From the NCBI GenBank assembly GCA_965261345.1, contig OZ253449.1:2240001-2304000 (forward strand): 64,000 bases of DNA. Direction: 5' to 3'. The stretch comes from Chloroflexota bacterium (lineage in GTDB: Bacteria > Chloroflexota > UBA11872 > VXNJ01). The notes below the pieces were generated by a model, which did no database searches, had not been told where the DNA came from, and worked only from the letters and a program-made list of their open reading frames with translations. This document shows, one piece after another, positions 1 through 7,362 of the stretch. A program made the position numbers and the translations under genes. How positions within the stretch are numbered: the first letter of the stretch is position 1; each line of letters opens with the position of its first letter.

Positions 1-2036
1 AGGGTCGTTGCGGTAACCGCTTGCACACAGCGACCATTGCGGTCGAGCGAACCGTCGGCCATTTGTTGCGACAGGGCGGCCAGATCTTCGCGCAGGGTTT
101 TGATGACCTGCCAGGTCCGGACCGGCGCGGCGGCACCGGCCAATCGGGCAAGCTGGCGGTTGGAAAAGTGAATCCGGCAAATTAAATCACCGCGGCGTAT
201 ACGATTTCCATCTGGCAATATGAGCGGACGCCAATCCTTATGGATTTCCAAACCGTAGAGTAATAGGCCGTCGCTGCGCACCGGTTGCAACCGGTGCCAA
301 CGCGAGTAAAGTCGATCCCAAACCCACCAAATCCAGAGCAGGCCGGAGGGGCGGCCCGGTGCGTGCTTGCCGGCGGATTTGAGGGCTATGCGCAACCCGG
401 CGTGGGCCATTTGCCCAGCCACACGGGTCGCCGGCGGAGAAGGCGCTCCCGGTGCCGGCCCACCGGCCGAATACCAGCGCCGTCCAATCCCCAGAAAGCC
501 CAACGCCCAGCGTAGAAACATCCAGATCATCCCGATCCGCCAGGGCAGGGCGCGCAACCGCCGCGGCGAGGTGCGAATACTTGCGGCGCCGCGGTTTTGG
601 CCGAGAAATTGGCTTGGACCGATGCGCTGCAACCGGCCGTTTGAGGATCGCAGCGACGCGGTCGCGCGGCGCATCAAATCCAGGTCCTCGGCCAGCTGCA
701 GCTCGCAATCAAATCCGCCGAGGCGCTGGAATAGCTCCCAGTCTAAGTAGACCATCTGGGAATGGATGTCAAAGAGCCGCTTGCCAAATTCCAAAGCGTT
801 GAAGAATCCGCACTCCCAGAAATTGTTCGATGCCGACTTGACCCGGATACTCCCGCCGTGGGAGCCGTTGCGCCAAGCTGAGGCCACTGCCAGAAGAACC
901 GCCGGCTCCAGCGTGGAATCTGCATCCAGAAAAACCAGCACGTCGCCACGTGCCAGGGTCGCGCCCAGATTTTTTGCCCGCGCCGTGCCACGGTTCGGTT
1001 CTTGCGCCAGGCGCACCGGCGGCATATCCGCCGGGGTGTCCGTCCAGCGGCGCGCCAGATTCTCGACCACGTCTACGGTGGTGTCGCGTGAACCGTTGTC
1101 TACGACCACGCATTCCACTCGGTCAAGCGGATATTGCTGCTCGGCAACCGATTTGAGCGCAAAGGTGATGTGGGATTGTTCGTTGAGGGCGGGCACAATT
1201 ACTGAAATAAGCGGCGATTTTTGGTTGCCCTGGGACCGGCCATTGCCCAGCGCGAGCAACTGGCTGGCCGTTACGATGTCCCGTTGTGCCGCCAAAGCGG
1301 TAAGGTGATCGAGCACGCGCCGCCGCGCGCGGCCATCCTGGAGCCGTTGCGGATGCAGGAACACCTTGACCACCGGGCTGCGCGACAGACCTCCGTAACG
1401 GAGCCGGGCGAGCGCCGCGACGGCCCAGTTGCCCAATTGCAGCAACCGCTCGTGGAAGCCGCCAACTCCCATAAAACCCTGCCACGGGGTCGCGATCGCC
1501 CGCCCGGTCCGCAAGTCGCGCAACCCCGACTGTTCGAGCACATAGCGGTATCCGGCAGACGCCACACCGGACCGACCGGCGTGATTGGTCAGCCAGGCCG
1601 GGGCGCAAAATCCGTCCGGCTCCACCCCGATGGCTTCGACGATAGCGCGCCGAGCGGCAAGGGCGGCTTCGCCGGCGATGGGAGCCGACAGGCTTGAGAA
1701 TTCACTAGCCCGCGGGGCAAACAGCCGGCCCCGCAGGCGGGCAAGCGGCGAACCCTGCAACCTGCCGCGGGTCGTGTGCGACCAGCCGTGGGCAACGATC
1801 TCACTGCCGGCGGCGACCTCTGCCCGCAGCAGCCTGCACAGCTCCGCGTCTTCTGCCAGCGGCCAACGACCGGCATAGCAGGGCACCACCTTGAGTACGC
1901 GCGGCCGGATGTTGCGCTGATCCAACTCGTCGAGCAACTGGCGCACTCCAGACGCAAACGGCGGCGCCACATCATGAATCGTAACCAGCAATTTGGGCCT
2001 GGGTCGCGAGCGGGAGTCGGCGCGCATTCCCTTCAT
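1..2036 (-). CDS. Fusion protein: DUF2334-like polysaccharide deacetylase + GT2 glycosyltransferase + C-terminal YkoP-like domain (3' end lies beyond the window edge)
   Basis: Manual translation of one minus frame from ATG 2036 to base 1 with no stop (hence absent from the ORF track). It reads LLVTIHDVAP...HGWSH...GFCAPAWL (deacetylase), then ISVIVPALNE...VVVDNGSRD...FLDADS...AEDLDL (GT2), then WVWDRLYSRWHRL...LPDGNRIRRGDLICRIHFSN (YkoP-like). The frame is also open upstream to an ATG near 2195. Confidence 0.8.
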   Translation of the reverse strand, partial: MKGMRADSRSRPRPKLLVTIHDVAPPFASGVRQLLDELDQRNIRPRVLKVVPCYAGRWPLAEDAELCRLLRAEVAAGSEIVAHGWSHTTRGRLQGSPLARLRGRLFAPRASEFSSLSAPIAGEAALAARRAIVEAIGVEPDGFCAPAWLTNHAGRSGVASAGYRYVLEQSGLRDLRTGRAIATPWQGFMGVGGFHERLLQLGNWAVAALARLRYGGLSRSPVVKVFLHPQRLQDGRARRRVLDHLTALAAQRDIVTASQLLALGNGRSQGNQKSPLISVIVPALNEQSHITFALKSVAEQQYPLDRVECVVVDNGSRDTTVDVVENLARRWTDTPADMPPVRLAQEPNRGTARAKNLGATLARGDVLVFLDADSTLEPAVLLAVASAWRNGSHGGSIRVKSASNNFWECGFFNALEFGKRLFDIHSQMVYLDWELFQRLGGFDCELQLAEDLDLMRRATASLRSSNGRLQRIGPSQFLGQNRGAASIRTSPRRLRALPWRIGMIWMFLRWALGFLGIGRRWYSAGGPAPGAPSPPATRVAGQMAHAGLRIALKSAGKHAPGRPSGLLWIWWVWDRLYSRWHRLQPVRSDGLLLYGLEIHKDWRPLILPDGNRIRRGDLICRIHFSNRQLARLAGAAAPVRTWQVIKTLREDLAALSQQMADGSLDRNGRCVQAVTATT

Positions 2037-2681
2037 CCTAGAGTTCCAACCCCGCCGCACCGGAGACATCGATACGGGTTCGATCTCCAACCCCAGGGTG
2101 CGCCGCCCGCGGATATCAGGTCCAAAGTTCCTGCCTGCCTCATCGCTGAAAAGGTTGCTGACGGTGGCAGCCCACAGCGCCGCCACGGCGCCCATCGCGC
2201 TTGATTATTCTTCCCCCGCCACTTCCTCCCGCGGTACAAATTGCTCTGCTACGCCCCGGCGGGCAGCACCAGATAAATTACCTGCTGCCGGTGGCTCTCC
2301 GTTTGCTGCGCTAATCTCCGCCTCTCTTGAATCTTTAGGCGATCACTCTTCCAAATCCGCTAATTTTCGGACTCGCCGCGGTTATTTAGGATCTGACGGG
2401 AACCTGACGGAAATTAGCGGTTGCCAAGTCGGCGTGCCCGCAGCGACCGCCCGGTCGGGAGCTAGCAGCTGCCCAATTCTTGGCCTGCGGGTGCACTCGA
2501 TGGCCAAAACCGGGCCGGGTCGACCGATCGCGGTCAGGTGACCAGCAAAAACCGGCTGAACTTGTGACCGCCCGCCCCCGGCAGCAACCGGCCGGTATTT
2601 CCCCTCGGGCAAACCAAAATTGTTGCGGGAATGTTGCGGGCATTTTGCCCGAATAACCGAAGGCGGCGGCGGCCACTGCGG

Positions 2682-2754
<73 letters not shown>

Positions 2755-2798
2755 GCAAGAGTATAAGAGCGCCCGCCAGCGCGGTTTTCTTGAAGGAG

Positions 2799-3083
2799 TT
2801 AGGCGACCTGGCGCTCGCGCAGATTGGCCACGTGCCCGCGTATGTTGCGGGCCAGATCCTCATCGGATGCGGCAGATTCAGCCATCTGAATGAAGTCTTC
2901 CGAGGAGAGTTGCAACTGGGCCAGCACCCGACGGTCGATCGGGCAGGGATAAATGTATTCGTCGATGTAGCCGCCGGCCAAGGCCAGCGCTTTATCTGAC
3001 ATGCGCGCAATCCAGGGCACGCCGTCGACGGCCACGTCGCGGCCGCGCGGACGGAACGGACGTTCGATGGTGGGTTCGGTCAT
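2799..3083 (-). CDS. DUF5069 family protein
   Basis: PRGR...VPWIARMSDKA...EYIYPCPIDRRVL...SDEDL pattern typical of DUF5069. Confidence 0.75.
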   Translation of the reverse strand: MTEPTIERPFRPRGRDVAVDGVPWIARMSDKALALAGGYIDEYIYPCPIDRRVLAQLQLSSEDFIQMAESAASDEDLARNIRGHVANLRERQVA

Positions 3084-3164
3084 CTTCAGGCTCCAGCCGG
3101 GCGATTAGTTTGCAGGCGCACGCATTGCTTGAGTCTATTCGCTGATCCGACGAAATTCCACCGC

Positions 3165-4118
3165 CTAGGGCAACCGATCCAGTCCCATTTCATGGACCAG
3201 CTCGGTGACTTCGTCCGGCCTGGCCACCGGTTCGGCCAGGGCCGCAAGCAACGACTTTCGCCGATTGGCAGATTGTGGTCCAGCCGGGCCGGACTCAAAC
3301 CGATCGAGCGCGGTCAGCAGGGCCAGGAAACGATGGACTCCCAGCAGCTCCGGCCGGTAGCCGCCGCCGCCGATGTATTCGAAAAGGCCGATCAATTCAA
3401 GCGCCAGTGGCGTGGTGACCGCACAGGTGAAGTGATCGGTTGCCCCGCGGGCTCCGCTGGCGATTAGGTAGGACACCAAGCGGCGTTCCACCCACTCGGC
3501 CCCCAGCACTGAGAAGTCGACAACCGCGACCGACTGTCCATCGCTAACCAGGTTGCTGGCCGAACAATCCAGCGACCCGTAATTCCAAGACCCCTGCCAG
3601 GCGATCTCATAGACCGGCTGCAGCAGATCCTCGGCATCGAAGAGATCGGGGTTGATCGACCGGCAGGCCCGGGCGGTGCTGGCCAGCTCCCCCCGATCGC
3701 GCTCGCGCAGGTGCTCGTCGATTAGCTGGTCGGATTCGCTGCGCGACCCCGACAGATCGGCGAATATGAGATCGATGGCCAGCAGCGAACGCAGGGCGAC
3801 AGATACCTGGGGATCGTCGCGATCATGGCTGATGACCGCGTCCAGGGTTTGCTCACCGACCCAGGAAAGCAGCAGTGCCGCCTCCTCCATATTGGCGGCA
3901 ATCACCTGCGGGGCGGGCGCGTCGAATGCGGCCAACTGTTCGAGCGTGGCCTTCTCGGTGCGGTAGGCGTCCAGATCCTGTCCGTATAGCTTTAGGGCCC
4001 AACGCCGACCGTCTGACCCGCTGACTGAGTAACAGGCTCGTCCGTTGGAACGTTCAACTATCGGCTGAGTCGAAACCGTGGCTCCGGTCAAATCCGCGGC
4101 CAGTTGATCGGGCTTCAC
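3165..4118 (-). CDS. Aminoglycoside phosphotransferase/choline kinase-like protein
   Basis: N-lobe WALKLY, conserved Glu in RTEK, Brenner-like LDCSASN and VVDFS motifs. Confidence 0.7.
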   Translation of the reverse strand: MKPDQLAADLTGATVSTQPIVERSNGRACYSVSGSDGRRWALKLYGQDLDAYRTEKATLEQLAAFDAPAPQVIAANMEEAALLLSWVGEQTLDAVISHDRDDPQVSVALRSLLAIDLIFADLSGSRSESDQLIDEHLRERDRGELASTARACRSINPDLFDAEDLLQPVYEIAWQGSWNYGSLDCSASNLVSDGQSVAVVDFSVLGAEWVERRLVSYLIASGARGATDHFTCAVTTPLALELIGLFEYIGGGGYRPELLGVHRFLALLTALDRFESGPAGPQSANRRKSLLAALAEPVARPDEVTELVHEMGLDRLP

Positions 4119-4376
4119 TGCCCCGACCTCAATCTCAGCCGCAACTCGGGTGTGAACGCAGGCCGGTCGGCCAAAGCGGCATCAACCCGGATTGGCGCCG
4201 GTGCGGGAGCAGTACTGCAGGTTGGAAATGACCCAACGCCTGGTTTGGCTGAGAGGCGGCGGCGGGTTATCGTGGAATGCCCGCACGCCGAGCCGGTGGC
4301 GTGGCGATCGAGCGGCAGCCGGTTCATCCGTTCTGCCCCATAGGCAAAAATCGGATAATCCGGCCAGGGCTCGATC

Positions 4377-4898
4377 GTGATGCGAACACTAGTACTCAAT
4401 CAGGATTACCAGCCGCTAAACATTTGCGCGGACCGGCGCGCATTCGTGCTGCTCGATCGCGGCAAGGCCGACCTCATCAGCGAGTACCGACAGCGCTTTG
4501 CCACGTTCTCCGGTTCGCTGGTCCGACCGTCGGTTATCCGCATGCGCTACTACATCCGGCGCCCCCAGCCGGGGGCTAATCTGGGTCGCCGAGAACTGTT
4601 TGAGCGGGATGATCACTCCTGTCAGTACTGCGGCGCGCGCAACGCCGAATTTACGGTCGATCACGTTGTTCCCAAGCGCCTGGGCGGAGCCGGAACCTGG
4701 GAAAACCTGGTAACTAGTTGCCGAATGTGCAATCTGAAAAAAGGCGGTAAGACGTTGGGTGAGGCTGGGATGCGGCTTTACCGTAAACCCGGTCGGCCGA
4801 TCATTTCGATGAACCGGATGGTGCTTTCCAAGGCCGGGCCTCAAATTGATCCGAGCTGGCGGCAATTCCTTCAACCGGCGCTTATCAAGTCAGGCTAA
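4377..4898 (+). CDS. HNH endonuclease (McrA-like family)
   Basis: LVLNQDYQPL, RPSVIR, RDDHSCQYCG, TVDHVVPK...GG..TWENLVTSCRMCNLKKG. Confidence 0.92.
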   Translation: MMRTLVLNQDYQPLNICADRRAFVLLDRGKADLISEYRQRFATFSGSLVRPSVIRMRYYIRRPQPGANLGRRELFERDDHSCQYCGARNAEFTVDHVVPKRLGGAGTWENLVTSCRMCNLKKGGKTLGEAGMRLYRKPGRPIISMNRMVLSKAGPQIDPSWRQFLQPALIKSG

Positions 4899-4899
4899 A

Positions 4900-4915
4900 C
4901 GCCCCGTCCGGGGCG
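4900..4915. terminator. Short GC hairpin between convergent HNH and tatA genes
   Basis: CGCCCC-gtcc-GGGGCG, followed by TTT on the minus strand. Confidence 0.35.
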
Positions 4916-4922
4916 CTAGTCG

Positions 4923-5135
4923 CTAGGGGTTGGCGCTTTCCTTCTCGTCGGATTCGGCGACCCCCTCCATATCGGCCTGGGCGTCCGATTCCTCGTCCTC
5001 CGGGCGAGCTTCCTGTCTAAATTCCCGAATGCTTCGACCCAACGCTCCGCCGATCCCGGATATCTTGCCGACACCGAAGACGACTAGAACGATTACCAGG
5101 ACGATCAGGAGTTCGAGCGGGCCTACCGATGGCAC
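4923..5135 (-). CDS. tatA: Twin-arginine translocase TatA/TatE subunit
   Basis: GPLELLIVLVIVLVVFGVGK...GGALGRSIREFR; SD-like AAGG upstream. Confidence 0.93.
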   Translation of the reverse strand: MPSVGPLELLIVLVIVLVVFGVGKISGIGGALGRSIREFRQEARPEDEESDAQADMEGVAESDEKESANP

Positions 5136-5225
5136 GATCTGAACCTTACTACTTAGGAGACTAGGTCCGCCGGTGCAATTGGCACCTGGGCGGCGGACGT
5201 TCCTATTTTAGGGAGTTGGTGGAAG

Positions 5226-5897
5226 TTAGCCGCGATGCAGGCCGCGGGCCTGCGGGCTCCCCAGGTAGGAGAGCGAGCGCTGGTAGTTGTCCTCGGATAT
5301 CCATCCCTTAGACATGTAGTAGGTCAGGATCTGACCTAGTTCGAGGATCGCGATCAGGTTGATCCCGGCCGCGCCGAGCCGAGCCGACGATTGCGCGGCT
5401 CGGTCGATTAGCACCACCGCGTCGGTGACCTCCAGGCCAACCGCGCGCAACGCCTCTGCGGTCTGGACCACCGACCCGCCCGAGGTGATCAGGTCGTCGA
5501 CGATGAGTACCGCCTGGCCGGGCAGGAATCGACCCTCAATGCGGGCCTCCGCGGCGGTGGCCGGGTTTACGTAAATTAAGGGAATATCGGCGGCCAATGA
5601 GATAGCGGTAGCCAGGTTGAGTCCACCCAATGGCACCCCGGCGATAAGGTCGAACGGTCCGCATTGCGGTCGGCGCCGACCCTGGCGTGACCAGATCTCC
5701 TCCAAGACCACGTCAGCAGCCGCGCGCAGCCCCGGCGGGTTGCAGCAGAGCACCTTGGGGTTCATGTAGACCGGAGAGTTGATGGTCGAACGGCCGAGCG
5801 TAAAGCTGCCAAATTCGATCCCACCCAGTTCGTAGATGGTACGGGCCAGGGCCAGGACGATCGATTCTTGGGCACTGGAATCTTGGGGAGGAATCAA
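5226..5897 (-). CDS. Orotate phosphoribosyltransferase-like type I PRTase
   Basis: IEFGSFTL..S..SPVY and PRPP-binding VLIVDDLITSGGS; the usual RK catalytic loop is absent. Confidence 0.75.
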   Translation of the reverse strand: MIPPQDSSAQESIVLALARTIYELGGIEFGSFTLGRSTINSPVYMNPKVLCCNPPGLRAAADVVLEEIWSRQGRRRPQCGPFDLIAGVPLGGLNLATAISLAADIPLIYVNPATAAEARIEGRFLPGQAVLIVDDLITSGGSVVQTAEALRAVGLEVTDAVVLIDRAAQSSARLGAAGINLIAILELGQILTYYMSKGWISEDNYQRSLSYLGSPQARGLHRG

Positions 5898-5983
5898 AAA
5901 TTGCCCCGGGACTTGATTGGGTTTCTATCAAATCTAATAATCGGGCGCAAGCAAATTGACCGATCCGCCCGAGGAGGGTTCTG

Positions 5984-7315
5984 CTGGCTGAGTTCGATCC
6001 GGTCGCCTTCATCGCCGCCAAACGCGACGGGCGACCGCACCCCCGCTTGGAACTGAACCGATTCGTAACCGGCCTGACCGCCGGGCAGATACCCGATTAC
6101 CAGACCGCGGCATGGCTGATGGCCGTTCGCTGGCGCGGGCTAGATGAAGCCGAAACGCTCTATCTGACCAATGCGATCGCCGATTCAGGGTCCCGAATCA
6201 GCTGGTCCCATTCGGATCGTCCGGTGGTCGACAAGCATTCGACCGGCGGGGTTGGCGACAAGACCTCGCTGGTGGTGGTGCCGCTGGCGGCCGCCTGCGG
6301 GATGGCCGTTCCAAAGCTATCCGGACGCGGGCTCGGGCCGACCGGTGGAACGCTGGACAAACTGGAGGCGATCAGTGGATTTGAGGTGAATCTTGGCGCG
6401 GCGCGGCTGGTGGATCAGGTCGATCGGCTCGGATTGGCGATCGCTGCCCAATCAAAAGATCTGGCGCCGGCCGACGGGCGGCTGTACGCGCTGCGCGACG
6501 TGACTGCCACCATCGATTCGATTCCCCTGATCGCGTCCTCGATCATGGGTAAAAAGCTGGCCGGCGGGGCATCTACCCTGGCGCTCGACGTTAAGTGTGG
6601 CAGTGGTGCCTTTATGCCCGATTTTGAGTCCGCGCGCACCCTGGCCGAGAGCATGGCCGCCATCGGGTCGGCCGCCGGCGTAAACGTCCGCGCCTATATT
6701 TCGGCGATGGACCGCCCTCTGGGGTATGCGGTCGGAAATTCGCTTGAGGTCAGCGAGGCGATCGAATGCCTCTCGGGCGAAGGTCCGCCCGACCTGCGGG
6801 AGCTGGCGATAACCATCGTTGCCGGCCTGCTGCGCGACTGCGGACTAAAGAGCGCACCGCGGGCCGCCCGCCAGGCCACCGACCAGGCGTTGGCATCGGG
6901 CCGCGCGTTGGCCAAATTCGCCCAAATGGTTAACGCGCAAGGCGGCGACTTGGATGCCTTCCAGCGCAAGCCACCGCATGCCGAGGCCGTCCGGGCGGCA
7001 TTTTCTGCCCATTCGGGAGGCCACTTGGCCGGCATCGATGCGGGCGCAATTGCTTCGCTTGTCCACTCACTCGGCGGTGGGCGCAGCCACAAATCTGACC
7101 CGATCGATCACGCGGTGGGAGTCGTACTGCAATGCTCTCTCGGCCAGGCGGTTGCTCCCGGACAACCGCTGGCGACCATATACGCGCGCAGCCGTGCGCA
7201 GCTGACTGCTTCACAGGTGGAAATGCGGGAAGCGTTTACCATCACCGACTCTCCGCCGCTGCCCGGCGCGCTGCTGCTGGGCCAGGTGGCGCAGTCGGCA
7301 GCTCCCAAAAATTAG
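5984..7315 (+). CDS. pdp: Pyrimidine-nucleoside/thymidine phosphorylase
   Basis: DKHSTGGVGDK, KLSGRGLG.TGGTLDKLE, LDVKCGSGAFM. The conserved N-terminus DPVAFIAAKRDG lies upstream of the ORF-track start (6047); start placed at CTG after GAGGAGG. Confidence 0.92.
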   Translation: MAEFDPVAFIAAKRDGRPHPRLELNRFVTGLTAGQIPDYQTAAWLMAVRWRGLDEAETLYLTNAIADSGSRISWSHSDRPVVDKHSTGGVGDKTSLVVVPLAAACGMAVPKLSGRGLGPTGGTLDKLEAISGFEVNLGAARLVDQVDRLGLAIAAQSKDLAPADGRLYALRDVTATIDSIPLIASSIMGKKLAGGASTLALDVKCGSGAFMPDFESARTLAESMAAIGSAAGVNVRAYISAMDRPLGYAVGNSLEVSEAIECLSGEGPPDLRELAITIVAGLLRDCGLKSAPRAARQATDQALASGRALAKFAQMVNAQGGDLDAFQRKPPHAEAVRAAFSAHSGGHLAGIDAGAIASLVHSLGGGRSHKSDPIDHAVGVVLQCSLGQAVAPGQPLATIYARSRAQLTASQVEMREAFTITDSPPLPGALLLGQVAQSAAPKN

Positions 7316-7362
7316 ACTTTTGGCATATGCCGCCCGACATTTCCCAATCAACCTGGCCTTGA

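Noticed and set aside
238-2239. Many short ORF-track calls on both strands
   Set aside because: They are shadows of the real minus-strand fusion frame and have no motifs.
4377-4898. HNH nuclease near a tRNA as a defence or mobile system
   Set aside because: Stand-alone widespread family; no integrase, methylase or att repeat nearby.
5957-7362. TGA reassignment explaining the missing pdp and valS starts
   Set aside because: TGA terminates genes at expected positions elsewhere (valS, phyH, adh) and is absent inside intact conserved genes.
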